Positions 10,795-22,784 of a DNA stretch of 38,696 nt are shown piece by piece (the first letter of the stretch is position 1; each line of letters starts with the position of its first letter). Where the stretch lies: the NCBI GenBank assembly GCA_031763465.1, contig JARFOE010000162.1, forward strand, positions 9,245,060 to 9,283,755. The letters run 5' to 3'. The position numbers and the translations under genes are program-made. The notes under the pieces were generated by a model that searched no databases, was not told the DNA's origin, and was given only the letters and a program-made list of their open reading frames with translations. This DNA comes from Squatina squatina (taxonomy: Eukaryota).

Positions 10795-10888
10795 CTCATT
10801 CTTGACTTTCTCACCAGTCAGCGGCTCCTTTGAAGCAAACCCTCCGTTTGGTGAAGAGCTGATGGACACTATGGTCACACATATGGAG
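10795..10888 (+). CDS. PCIF1: PCIF1/CAPAM exon with the NPPF catalytic motif
   Basis: Encodes SFLTFSPVSGSFEANPPFGEELMDTMVTHME (NPPF at 10838-10849), with cag/gtgagg boundaries. Confidence 0.95.
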
Positions 10889-11049
10889 GTGAGGGTCTGA
10901 GGTGTTAGCCTGCACTGTCAAAATAGACCGAGTACAGGGCAAGGCTTGTNNNNNNNNNNNNNNNNNNNNNNNNNNNNNNNNNNNNNNNNNNNNNNNNNNN
11001 NNNNNNNNNNNNNNNNNNNNNNNNNNNNNNNNNNNNNNNNNNNNNNNNN

Positions 11050-11260
11050 CTCTACAGCTCTCATCTTCCTGCAGAATGATGCCGGGTTTGCCAAATGGGA
11101 GCCAGTGCAGGAGCGGGTCCAGGAGCTAATGGCAGCCTATAAAATGACAGGAAAGTCATCATCATCTTCCTCCTCGTCCTCCTCGTCCTCCTCAGTGACA
11201 GCTGGTGAAAAAGACCAGGAGCAGAGTCGGGACCAAAGCAGCAACACCGAGCACCTTTAA
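11050..11260 (+). CDS. PCIF1: PCIF1/CAPAM terminal exon (5' part lost in gap)
   Basis: Encodes TALIFLQNDAGFAKWEPVQERVQELMAAYK...(S)13...TEHL*, versus human TAVLFLQNDPGFAKWAPTPERLQELSAAYR. Confidence 0.92.
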
Positions 11261-13943
11261 ATTGGGATTGAGGGTGTATGCAAGATAAGAGGAGCGCAGA
11301 GCAGTTAAAACTGTGGTTTTAAACAGACGGACTCGATACAAGCTGCAGAACCATTGTCATCACCAGCAAGTAATGTACATATGTATAGTGTCTTTCTAAA
11401 CAGAACCAGAGTCCTGGGTTCTTATTGTTTCTGTTTGTTGTTTTTATTTTTAGGAGGTGTTTAGGGGAGAGAAGCAGAATATGTCTGTGTAATATATTCT
11501 ATGGAAATATTTCATAACAGAATACCATGTCAGTTTTATCAGCTTTTTTTTGAGATTATGCAATTCTGCCTAATATTTTTTTAAACTTTGTGAATAGTGG
11601 CTGCAGACATTCTCCATTTTAACGCAGTGAGTATAGGAATTTCTTTTCAATGCTGAGAATTACGTGTAAGTGTATAAACTGATGGATAGGAATTGATGGG
11701 TGTCTCTGTATGAAGTGTTGCTTCTTGTTGACCTGTGTAGACTGTATCTCCGAATTGTTCAAAGGCAGCTTCACGCACTGAGCGTTTGAATGTCCACCAT
11801 ACAGAGGGCATTNNNNNNNNNNNNNNNNNNNNNNNNNNNNNNNNNNNNNNNNNNNNNNNNNNNNNNNNNNNNNNNNNNNNNNNNNNNNNNNNNNNNNNNN
11901 NNNNNNNNNNNNNNNNNNNNNNNNNNNNNNNNNNNNNNNNNNNNNNNNNNNNNNNNNNNNNNNNNNNNNNNNNNNNNNNNNNNNNNNNNNNNNNNNNNNN
12001 NNNNNNNNNNNNNNNNNNNNNNNNNNNNNNNNNNNNNNNNNNNNNNNNNNNNNNNNNNNNNNNNNGCAGCATCCGACTCAGGAAAGGAACGGGAGCCCTC
12101 TGCCAGCGATGAACTTTTAGAGATCATTATAGAGTCACCAGAATTCAGTGCCAGTCTCAGCTGGCCCGGCCAGCAATGGGTTAAATACAAGATTGCCCCA
12201 CCTCGAAGGAGTGGCTTCATAAGATGTCCTGTTAAAGAGCAACTGAGACTAAGATATTGTGTGCCATGCATTGCCTCAGCAAGGATAAGCCACCAGGGAT
12301 CTGGGTTCTTGACTTTCGCCATAACGAGCGCAACAGTAAGATAAACCACTGCGAGGAGCCGATGTCACAGTGGCAGGACCGCGCTGGTTACCCATAATAC
12401 CAGCTACACTGAGGATTGTGGGTGAAGCTTCACGCTGAAATGCAGCCCAGGCTTGGTGAGCCTGAGACAGGACACAACCCAGGCAGACTGGACAGAGCAC
12501 TTGCAGGTACGGTCACACGTGGAGACCTGGCTAATCTGTGCAAGGCTGTAATCCAAGCAATGTCTGACAGTCTTACTGTAACAGTACACAACATCACGTC
12601 AAGATAATTTCTAACTAATAGAGTCCATGGAGCCCATGCAGGTTGGATATGCATCTTCCTACTACAAAACTTTAAAACAGCAACTGTGCAAAGTGAAGGG
12701 CTGAGTGTGATTGTAGTTATTGATTGTTAATGTGTGTGACTAAAGAGAGCATCAGGGGATGGCTGAAAAGGAGTAGACTGTGCTACAAAGAGATTTCTTA
12801 AAATGTCCAAGTTGGCCAAAACCAGTCAATATGTCGAAAGGCGGAGAAGGCAAAAAGAAAATTCCTTAGAAATAAAAACCGTGTCAGGTTTCAGAATATT
12901 ATTTNNNNNNNNNNNNNNNNNNNNNNNNNNNNNNNNNNNNNNNNNNNNNNNNNNNNNNNNNNNNNNNNNNNNNNNNNNNNNNNNNNNNNNNNNNNNNNNN
13001 NNNNAGAAGATGCAGAAATACATGATGGCTGTACGGACAGAGAAGGAGTAGGGAGTGGAGCAGAGCTGAGCCAGGGAGCAGACGCCAGGAGAGAAACCTT
13101 TATCTCCAGGAGTGGCCGAGTGTCTGGTGGTGTAATTAGCTCTTTTGGGGACTTATTGTTTGCAGTTTCTAGCACTGGTGTTCCTGAAAGTGACACTTGG
13201 CACGGGAGACTAATACTTATCTCAGGAACTGCAAACAAGCATGAAGCACCGAAGAGACCAGACTTGATTATTGTTGTACTGTGTGAGTCAAGTGAGGCTG
13301 GTTACCTATTAAAAGTGCCTGTGTATTCCTGTAATCTGTAGAGATTATGCCTCACAGTCCCTGAGATGGCCGACTGGACCTTGCAGGAATCTCGGCTGTG
13401 AGGGGACTGTCCTCCGCCACTGTTTGAGTTACAAGGTCTTTGTGAATTGCAGCTTCTCTTCCATACCCTAGGTGCTGGGAACCCTGTGTACTGCCTGTAC
13501 CTCAGAGAATGAGTGTGAAATGTGACAGTATCCTGGGCTCAAGGGCTTATGAATGATGTGCATTTGATAAGCAGCACAGCCCANNNNNNNNNNNNNNNNN
13601 NNNNNNNNNNNNNNNNNNNNNNNNNNNNNNNNNNNNNNNNNNNNNNNNNNNNNNNNNNNNNNNNNNNNNNNNNNNNNNNNNNNTGTGAGCCCAGTCTGTC
13701 GGCGGGAGCGATTTGTCTGAACCTTTTTTCTAGATCCACGGGCAGAGTCGAGACCCCACATTGGGTCTGGGTGAGGACAAGTGTGGAGGTGGGACCCGCC
13801 CAGTCGAGGCTGTCAGCAGACTGTACTGGTGGTAAGAGGAGTGTGGAGTAGGTGCCAATCCTGCCAGATCTGCTTTTTGTTAGGGTGTTTTCTGAAGTTA
13901 TACATGAATTTACTGAGGATGGTTTCGTGTTTTTGACTTTCAG

Positions 13944-14030
13944 ATGTCCGGTAACAAAGGAATTTCTGCTTTCCCTGAATCGGATAATCTCTTCCGGTGG
14001 ATTGGCACCATTGAAGGGGCTGCAGGAACG
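13944..14030 (+). CDS. UBE2C: Ubiquitin-conjugating enzyme E2 C, 87-nt exon
   Basis: Encodes MSGNKGISAFPESDNLFRWIGTIEGAAGT, with cag/gtgagc boundaries. Confidence 0.95.
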
Positions 14031-14866
14031 GTGAGCTGTCGGAGTGGGGTTGGGTGGACAGGATATGGGCCATCTCTCTGCTCTGTTCACTGTCACAGTC
14101 TCTGCTCTGGTTCTGATGGAGTCAGCAGGGACGGGGACATTCCTGCGAGCCCTGTGCCTGGCCTGCAGTGATACCTGCAAGACTCAGGTTTTGAGTTGAT
14201 ACCTTCAACTCCTCAAACTGATGGGTTACTGTGTGATTCTGAGCAAAATCTGTAAACCCGCCTGCTCTTTGCCAGAATGTGTTGCTCTGCCTGTTGTGAA
14301 TTCACTTACCCTTCCCACCCACGGGATTAACAGCCCTGGGGCGGAGATAATTCATATAAGCACCGGCCTAGAACGGGAAAGGGTTTACAACAATAGTTTT
14401 GTGATGGATTTGAACGCCGTGGTTTTCATTTCCTCTTGGGTCCTGAGCTCATCTCTGATTGCTGTTCTGGCTAATGCCAAGTACACTGCACTAACTCTCG
14501 GAGTTATACCAGCTGACAGGCTGTGAGTCAGTGTCTCCTTCACACAGGAGACTATTGGGCTCACCCTGTGCAGTACATGGCCTGATCAGTAAAGTTAGGG
14601 GTGGGGGCAGAGGACTGAGAGATCACCTATCTATGAGAAAGTGATTAATTGTCTTCAAATTGACTAATTTGAAGGACACTGGGTTGTCCCAATTTTATCT
14701 CAACAAAAGTGCCCCTTTCTTGGAGGGACGCCAGCAATAAACATCCAAATACTGCAAAAGAAAGGAAACTTAATATTAAATCATAATATCGACAATGCCT
14801 TGTAGTGCATGCCGGTTGCAGACATTGCTCGAGTAGTGAATGGGTTGTGCTTTGTCTGGTTTGCAG

Positions 14867-15071
14867 GTTTATGAAGGTTTGAGGTACAAGCTGTCGCTGG
14901 AATTCCCCAGTGGGTATCCGTACAACCCTCCCACCGTGAAGTTCCTCACTTCCTGCTACCATCCCAATGTAGATGGAGAAGGGAACATTTGCCTGGATAT
15001 TCTCAAGGACAAATGGTCAGCACTTTACGATGTCAGGACAATCCTGCTGTCAATTCAGAGTTTATTGGGAG
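14867..15071 (+). CDS. UBE2C: UBE2C 205-nt exon with HPN motif and catalytic Cys
   Basis: Encodes [68 protein letters not shown], with cag/gtaaga boundaries. Confidence 0.96.
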
Positions 15072-15469
15072 GTAAGAATACTTGAGTCTTGTACTGGAGG
15101 GGACTGCTGGGTCACTGGTGTTGGCGACATTAACAGTACACAACTAAGGAATGCCTTCACGTGCCCAACACTGTCCCTGGTGTGACGTGTACACCTCATT
15201 GGCTGGAGGTCTCCAGTGGGGTGAGTGAGACCTCCTTCGGCCCTGTGTCTGAATCCTGCCTTTCCAAGGGTCTGTCCTGTGGTACCTTTTTATCTGTGTG
15301 AGCCCTGCAGTCTGGGATTCCCTTCCCCTCTCCAAGCTTTATCATCTCCTGTGGTTTTTTTGAGTCTGATTCCTGTTGAGTGCCATGTGGTGGTTTTTCT
15401 ACATTGTATAAATTCAAGTTGTGTTGGTTTCCTTTATCTGAATCACCGATTGGATGGGGTGGTGCTTGG

Positions 15470-15712
15470 TGCTCTGGAGGTCAAATGGCATCCTGTGTGA
15501 CTGAGCGTGGTAAACTATCCCTCTTTGACCTTCTCGTCCCGTCTGCAGCTTTGACACGGTTGACCACTCCATCCTCCTCCAACACCTCTCCGCTGTCGTC
15601 CAGCTGGGTGGGACTGCCCTCGCCTGGTTCCATTCTTATGTCTCTCATCGTAGCCCAAGAATCAACTGCAATGGCTTCACTTCCAGCTCCCGTGACGTTG
15701 CCTCTGGAGCAA
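15470..15712 (+). mobile_element. L2-clade LINE RT fragment
   Basis: Frameshifted RGKLSLFDLL..SAA/FDTVDHSILLQHLSAVVQLGGTALAWFHSYVSHRSPRINCNGFTSSSRDVASG. Confidence 0.8.
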
Positions 15713-16261
15713 TTTTCCCATACAGGTGTTCGGTGAAATCCGATTTATTTTAAATTAAATTAGCCTGATTAGTTCATTTTCGTTTTTAATCAATTTTTTT
15801 AAATGAATCAAAGTATTGGCATGCCAGTCGGCTGGATTTCATCTTGTTCCCATTGGACGTGATTTTTGGTTTTCTCCTTTTCTATTCAGAATGACTTTAA
15901 CCTTTCCGACCCGTATCTTTCATTTACTCGGCAGCTCTGTTTACAGCCTGAGTATCCCAATCGTGCTCTTATTAATTTTTTACTGCATTAAACTACCTTT
16001 AAATTAAATCATCTGTAGAATGTCAAGCAGCTGTGTGGAATGTTGAGTCACACAGAAAAGGAATGTAAAAGAAGGCAGAACGAATAACGTCCTCAAATGT
16101 GATTGTCTACAGCCAACAATAATCGACCCTGTTTCTCTCTCCACAGATGCTGTCTGACCTGNNNNNNNNNNNNNNNNNNNNNNNNNNNNNNNNNNNNNNN
16201 NNNNNNNNNNNNNNNNNNNNNNNNNNNNNNNNNNNNNNNNNNNNNNNNNNNNNNNNNNNNN

Positions 16262-16336
16262 TACACCGCGGGCAGGGGACGGGCAGAGAGTGGGATACAC
16301 CGCGGGCAGGGGGCGGGTTACACCGTGGGCATGGAG
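16262..16336. repeat. Minisatellite (TACACCGCGGGCAGGGG core)
   Basis: Three imperfect copies next to a gap. Confidence 0.7.
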
Positions 16337-16392
16337 TGAGTTTGGGAAACTTCCCTCCCTCCCTTGTGCCTACTTGGTCTGCATTTTCTCAC

Positions 16393-16578
16393 CGGTTTCA
16401 TAATCCAGGTGATTCCAGGGTTTCTTTTGAACTCCTCCACGAACAGGTGGTACTCAACAGGCAGTTCGAATGTCTTTGGAAAAAAGTCACATTTGGCTGC
16501 CTCCAGCTTTCCCTGCTCACGCTCCAGCTGCTTGCGAAACCTCTTTAGGTTTTTCACCATGAAGTTTTTCCGTGTCAG
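16393..16578 (-). CDS. TTLL9: Tubulin polyglutamylase TTLL9, 186-nt internal exon
   Basis: Encodes [62 protein letters not shown], near-identical to human TTLL9. aag acceptor and gtgaga donor. Confidence 0.95.
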
Positions 16579-17247
16579 CTTCCATGTAAAGAAAGAAGAA
16601 AAATGTCAGAACATCTACATCTTGGGTGTTGGACACGCAGACTTACACAAAAAGAGCCGTGTAAGAGCCAGTTCAGCTGCTGTCTCTCGACAACAATTCA
16701 CCACCGCACATTTCTTAAACTGTGGGGCACACACAATGTGGGGAATCCAGAGTTAGTTGAGAGCAAGGTGCTGGTACAAGGTCGGGGCAGGACGACCCTG
16801 CAGGTGTGCAGGGTAAACACCTCCATGAACCTAACAGCCTGTTTCTCACAGGGTTGTAGGCCAGGAGGTGGTTACAGAGATAAGGAGGGCCAAGGCCATG
16901 GAGGGATTTCAACATCTCCTTCATGACGGTTCTTAAAACTCAGCTCTTTGACCAAACCTTTGGTCACTGCCCCGACCACAGCCTCCACCACAGCCCGCTT
17001 GACTTAAGGCAGTGGATTAAATTGTGACTTTGTGCAGCCGGGCGAGGGCGAGGGGATGTAAAATGGGCTGCGAGTGAATTGTAAACCACTTTACACAATC
17101 ATACAAAATCAACATCTACCCCAGAGAGCGCAAAATTGTCTTTCTGCCAATTCCCATATCACCTAAAACAGGTATAAGAGGGAAACCATCCGAAGACAGA
17201 ATTGGGGTGAAATTAGTCTTAGGCAGGAGCCGAAAACAGGCAAATCT

Positions 17248-17379
17248 CCCACACCCCGACCTCCACACCCTGACCGTCGCCCCTCCCCACCCCTCCACAC
17301 CCCGACCGTCGCCCCTCCCCACACCCTGACCGTCGCCCCTCCCCACCCCTCCACACCCCGACCGTCACCCCTCCCCACC
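17248..17379. repeat. C-rich minisatellite (CACACCCYGACCGTCGCCCCTCCC[CACCCCTC])n
   Basis: About four variant 24/32-bp units running into a gap. Confidence 0.85.
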
Positions 17380-17764
17380 NNNNNNNNNNNNNNNNNNNNN
17401 NNNNNNNNNNNNNNNNNNNNNNNNNNNNNNNNNNNNNNNNNNNNNNNNNNNNNNNNNNNNNNNNNNNNNNNNNNNNNNNATGATTACACTGTGGGAGGAC
17501 ACCATGCCATCCATCGCTGTGCACCGGGACACCAACCATTTGCTAGATGTTCACCTTGATTTCTTGGGCGGTATAGTGGTGGAGTGGGCCACCCGACTAC
17601 TTTAGGATGTGGCCTGATTTTCATTCTCATTGACCTCCATGAGCGCGTTCTATAACTGGCGGGCAATCCGCTGCACCACAGTACCGCTTATGCCATGAAG
17701 CTGAAAATCTATCTCTATATGTGGAACAGACCCGACTCCAGGAATTTCACCTGTGTATATTATA

Positions 17765-18130
17765 AAGAAAGAGCAAACATGTACTTCATCATCTCAGGAT
17801 GTCCCAAAGGGTTTCGCAGTCAGTGAATTACTTTGGAAGTGCAGGCACTATTGTAATGCAGGGAAACCCAGCAGCCAATTTCTGCACAGCAAGGTCCCAT
17901 AACAGCTTGAAATAATTATGTTTTTTGAGAGATAAATATTGGCCAGGACTCCGGGGAGAACTCCCCTGTTCTTCTTTAAATAATCCCACTGGTGCCTTTA
18001 CAGCCACCTGTCTTGGTTTAACGTCTCATCTGAAAGACAGCACCTCTGACAGTGCAGCAATCCCTCAGTATTGCACTGAAGGGTCAGCTTGGATTATGGG
18101 CTCAAGTCTTTGGAGTGGGATTTGAACCCC
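17765..18130 (-). mobile_element. DeuSINE/SacSINE1-like tRNA-derived SINE
   Basis: Minus strand has B-box-like GGGTTCAAATCCC, then CAGTGCAATACTGAGGGATTGCTGCACTGTCAGAGGTGCTGTCTTTCAGATGAGACGTTAAACC (Deu-domain-like), and the family tail. Confidence 0.75.
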
Positions 18131-18417
18131 ATAATGTTATTACTTGTTAGACAGTTTAGCTTTTGTATAATTCTACATTTATTGATGTCTCTGAGCACAC
18201 AGCAGTTTACTGCACAATCATTTTCAAAACGAGCCCTAACATCCTGTGGGATAATTTTGACTTTCTGCGATTAATGTAAAAAATGTTGCATTACTGTTGT
18301 ACATTATCGCACAACGGCAAAATTCCACCATGCCCCATAATGCTTCAGAATACAAGGAAATGCTGCATATATTTTATACTAGAAAGCTATAATATCAAAG
18401 ATAAAACCTTTTCCTAC

Positions 18418-18653
18418 CAGGGAGATTGGGCTTAAAACAGGTGAGAAATCTGAGGCGAACGTTGCCTTTGCTGCTGATGACAGTGGCGTTGCTGTTTTCA
18501 CAAAGCTTCTCATTGATTTGCAGGATTTCACAACCGTTGTTGAAGGAGTGGGAGATTGTAAAGGTTCTGGTGATGCCTCAGACTGAATGGAAGACTCAGG
18601 TTCAAGTGGAGATGAGGGTCTAGTTAAAACCACTGGCTCACACATCCTTTCAT
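18418..18653 (-). CDS. SYCP2: Probable SYCP2 internal exon (Ser/Pro-rich C-terminal half)
   Basis: ttttag acceptor, gtagga donor and an open frame ERMCEPVVLTRPSSPLEPESSIQ...ATFASDFSPVLSPISL. Position and orientation fit the SYCP2 series, but similarity to human (..CASESCSPIPRPLFL) is weak. Confidence 0.5.
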
Positions 18654-19355
18654 CTAAAATTATATATTTGAGCAAAAATACAAAATGACTTGAGTTTCAG
18701 AATTGGCTGCAACCTTCTCCGCAATCACCTGATACTTCACAGCACACAAGGCATCAGCACCTGACCACATTGTTGAGCGGAGGCCAGGGATGGCCTCACC
18801 AAGGCCACATTTACTTCACTTGATGCTGTGCACCCTAGTGGCCACATGATGTGTCAGGTTTGCATCACCCCACCCCAACATCATTAAGCTTCCCAACAAT
18901 ACCCAAGCCATTCCTTTCACACTCACCAGCATTGCGGGGTAGGTGTGGGGTGNNNNNNNNNNNNNNNNNNNNNNNNNNNNNNNNNNNNNNNNNNNNNNNN
19001 NNNNNNNNNNNNNNNNNNNNNNNNNNNNNNNNNNNNNNNNNNNNNNNNNNNNACACATAAATGGGTGGATGTGACAACTGTATTCACTCAAGTATCACTG
19101 TAAACGGGGAACAGCAACTTTTTTATTGCAGTAAGGAATGTCTTGTTTATATACAGTACTTCCTGGGTCATCTTAAGACCTTTTATGGCTTTAATTAGTC
19201 TATGTCAAGTGGCTTAGAAGATTTTGATGGCTTAATTGTCTGTGAACTACCAAGGCTGGTGGTGGTTTGAATTAGCCTGCTTCCAGCCACTTCCCAGCAT
19301 TCAGTTCCACAGCTGGGGAAGTGTGAGATCATCCACTCTGGATCTNNNNNNNNNN

Positions 19356-19548
19356 AAGACAAATCAGAATATTTTCTTAATGGTGAGAGAACAGAAGCTG
19401 TGAAGGAGCCAAGGAATTTTGGTGTCCATATGCAGAAATCACGAAAAGCTAGTGCACAGGTATTAAAAGTAATAAAAAAACTAAAACCATGATCTAATTG
19501 AATGGCAGAACAGGCTCGAGGGGCTGAATGAAATATCTCTGCTCCTAG
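19356..19548 (+). mobile_element. CR1-clade LINE fragment + 3' tail
   Basis: YFLNGERTEAVKEPRNFGVHMQKSRKASAQV followed by the GAATGGCAGAACAGGCTCGAGGGGCTGAATG tail. Confidence 0.7.
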
Positions 19549-19863
19549 GTTTTTATTTTGTGGACAAGTTTTAAGCTGCACTACATTTTAAGCACATTTC
19601 AGACAGTTTATAAGGCATTCCCACTATGAATCTTGAAGGCATTCTTCATGCAATTTATGGGGCATTATTCCTACATGGAGTACCCATCTCCTGTTGGGAA
19701 TGGGTGAACTAGGTTTATGCTCAATCTAGGTAAGTATTAATACACACTGTGGTCCTGGTAACCTCCAGGATTGTTGACCAGAAGGGCAGGGGGGCAGGGC
19801 AGAGCAGGGTTATGACCAGAATGTATGCAGCAGATTTAATAATCAGTCTATGGTCAGCTATAC

Positions 19864-19924
19864 CTTCGACATCATAACTTTCTACATCCTCTTCAGGCAA
19901 ACAGACAGTCTCCCACATTGGTTC
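19864..19924 (-). CDS. SYCP2: SYCP2 61-nt internal exon
   Basis: ttctag/gtatag boundaries. Encodes EPMWETVCLPEEDVESYDVE versus human DHQWEAVTVPEEKVQIYSIE. Confidence 0.75.
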
Positions 19925-21013
19925 CTAGAATTAAAGGGGAAAATTAGCCTTAGTATAAAACATTCATGTCCAGTTCTGACATATTCAAAGTTCACTTGAA
20001 TATAAGCAAGCTGCATCACCCCGTAACCACAACCTCCTTTCAAAACATAGAAAATATCACATCTACCTCTAGCCTTGAAAATCCTATCGCCACAACTCCT
20101 GCTCACATCTAATCTGCTGAGTTATATCAAATTTTGCAAAACTCACCCTTACCCCAGATCTCTGCCTTCTTTGCTTCTCAACTACTTGCTGAATATTAAA
20201 CTTTTCAAATGGTTAACATTACCATACTTGAGTTCTAAGCTGCACATGGCATTACCAGTTATTGCTGCACAATTTAGGGAGCTTTGAAGAACAGATNNNN
20301 NNNNNNNNNNNNNNNNNNNNNNNNNNNNNNNNNNNNNNNNNNNNNNNNNNNNNNNNNNNNNNNNNNNNNNNNNNNNNNNNNNNNNNNNNNNNNNNNCAGA
20401 TATCAGACCAGCAACAGGCTGGCATCATTTAAATAAGGAATGGGTGCTGTGCTTCCCCACCAGGGGCACATAGTAGAAATCCAGTTACACACTGCCCATG
20501 ATTTCCTTGCCAACTGAGCAGCAATATGGACTACACTGGTCCTTTTTGGTCTGTACAATCTTATGTTCACGAAACCCTTCAATGAAAGCTAAAATTGGTG
20601 ACAAGAATGGCTACTGACAGTACAAAAGAACTACTGGCAATTAGAACATGCTGGGATACAAAAATCATATTTATTTTTGATAAAGCAATGAATCAAATGC
20701 TACAGTACAATTTTTTGGATGAATAATGAAATATTGAGTTGTCTCAAACATAACATTGCATAACAAACATCACATTGCCACATAAAATTGGAGTCATGGA
20801 CAAACATACCAATGAGGCAGTACTAAACACTTGACAATGCCCAGAAGAGGCACAAACGTTACACCACAGAAAGAAGATTGATGTCCTGACACTGATAATA
20901 TCTTAAAGGGCATCACTTCCAACTAGCAAACATACTTACCATATATACAGGAGATTAAGGAATATTGCACTAACATAGGCAGCTTTACTCATTACAATAC
21001 ATGACCAGCTTAC

Positions 21014-21059
21014 CTCATGTTTACCAAGAAACACTTCCAAACACGGGAATGTGGAAACA
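21014..21059 (-). CDS. SYCP2: SYCP2 46-nt internal exon
   Basis: ctgcag/gtaagc boundaries. Encodes VSTFPCLEVFLGKHE versus human VFTFPCLSAFLDKYE. Confidence 0.8.
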
Positions 21060-21997
21060 CTGCAGATGAAAAGAAAAAGAAATGTTCAAGTTCGAAGTTA
21101 CAGCAGCTTATCACTAAGTCCAGATTCCTATTTGTGAGAGCGGTAAGAATGATAGAATCTTACAGCACAGGAAGTCCATCATGCCTGTGCCAGCTCTTTC
21201 AAAGAGCTATCCTATTAGTCTTACTCCCAACCCTTGCCTAGAAATTGGACTGTACCCGAAGTGGGTTGCAATCCAGGTGCCAGCGCACACTGTCGGCCCC
21301 TAAAGAGGCAGGCAGCAGGACCACGCAAACTAGTCCACCTGTCTCTTTAGAATGTTACCGACAAGCTGCAAGCACCAGCCAGAGGCAGTTCACTGGTGGT
21401 GAAGCTGAGCAAGGTCAACCGACAGTTTGAAGCGGGTATCCTTCGTCTCCTAGCAGCCACCCTTTAAGTCTGCTTGCAGGTCCAAAGACGTCAGGGAGCT
21501 TGTACTGCCGCAGGACGAAATCATCTTGGCAGCTCCCTGGGANNNNNNNNNNNNNNNNNNNNNNNNNNNNNNNNNNNNNNNNNNNNNNNNNNNNNNNNNN
21601 NNNNNNNNNNNNNNNNNNNNNNNNNNNNNNNNNNNNNNNNNNGGTACTTTATATGCAAAGTAATTTTATTGCTTTACAATAATCCTCGTCTCACTAAAAT
21701 GTTTTTTTCCTCCCAAAAGATTGGAGAAACATGTGACGACATGTGTAGGTTCACAGTATCCAATACACATAATGGTGTCTCCTACTGTTACAGCAACCTC
21801 CCACCCCAAGTCATACTATCGGTAAAGGTACATCTTCAGATCAGACAGGGTACAGGGACCCTTACAGGAGTAACCCCAGAGAATTATCTCATGCAAATCC
21901 AAAATTGTAATAATACTGTTTCTGCAAGATCTACTTACCTCTACATATCTATCCATTATTGAAACATGATACGATTAATCCTGAAAATATTTCTTAC

Positions 21998-22135
21998 CCG
22001 CTGGATGAGTTTGTTCAGTTTGTTTATCATCTGCTTGCTGCATTTGCAAGACACAATCTCATCATTTTCTTCTTGCAATTCTTCCAGTGACTTAAAAGTA
22101 CTTCTTTTAATAGCATCATCTATTAACCTTTCCAG
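21998..22135 (-). CDS. SYCP2: SYCP2 N-terminal (ARM-like domain) exon
   Basis: ttttag/gtaaga boundaries. Encodes LERLIDDAIKRSTFKSLEELQEENDEIVSCKCSKQMINKLNKLIQR versus human LEKCIDDALRKNDFKPLKTLL..VKIKCSKQFFHKVDNLICR. Confidence 0.85.
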
Positions 22136-22556
22136 CTAAAATACAAAGAAATAACTTTCATAAAAATCAAAATTGATCATTTGAATCTATCATATAATTT
22201 AAATAATTCTCTATTTATTAATATATAAAATCATACTGCACAGAAAGCCATTTAGCCCATCGTGCCTGTGTCGGCACTTTGCAAGTTATCCAACTANNNN
22301 NNNNNNNNNNNNNNNNNNNNNNNNNNNNNNNNNNNNNNNNNNNNNNNNNNNNNNNNNNNNNNNNNNNNNNNNNNNNNNNNNNNNNNNNNNNNNNNNATCA
22401 CACACACAGCCCGATCATTATAAATATCTAAAACCCGCAATAGTGCCACGTCACACAAACACTCAAAGACCGTTGCTCCTGGTCACATTTATCCACGGTG
22501 GGCTGTGTGACAGATCTTTACCCAGATGTTATTGTTGTATTTACTAATCTCCTTAC

Positions 22557-22784
22557 CTTATATCGGAAGGTTGTGTTGATGAGAGAGTTGCTGAGAGTGA
22601 CTCATCAAGTTCATGTCCTTTGTAAAGATCGAGTGAGCAAGGGAGTGTGTTTAACCGACAGGAACCGTCGACGCACGGCAGCCCAGTATCATCAAACCAT
22701 CGCCAACCTTCGCTTGCTGCTCCTGAACGGGCCACAGGAGCACGGGGCACTGTAACTTCAGCAAGGCTGTGTCTCGTGTTCTCA
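22557..22784 (-). CDS. Unassigned candidate 228-nt internal exon
   Basis: gtttcag acceptor, AG|gtaagg donor and a single open phase-2/2 frame (ENTRHSLAEVTVPR...WRWFDDTGLPCVDGSCRLNTLPCSLDLYKGHE...). Family not recognised. Confidence 0.4.

Noticed and set aside
16579-16581. AAG acceptor on the TTLL9 exon
   Set aside because: AAG is an uncommon but ordinary acceptor, and the exon is otherwise canonical.
17116-17378. Gly/Arg-rich repeat ORFs
   Set aside because: Translation of a C-rich minisatellite. The units lack unique spacers, so this is not CRISPR-like.
19195-19581. 128-aa minus ORF inside the SYCP2 interval
   Set aside because: It spans a 10-N gap and an antisense CR1 fragment, with no splice signals or homology.
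21930-21997. Apparent micro-exon (cag...AG|gtaagt) just after the SYCP2 138-nt exon
   Set aside because: It would need a 17-nt intron, and the peptide does not resemble SYCP2.
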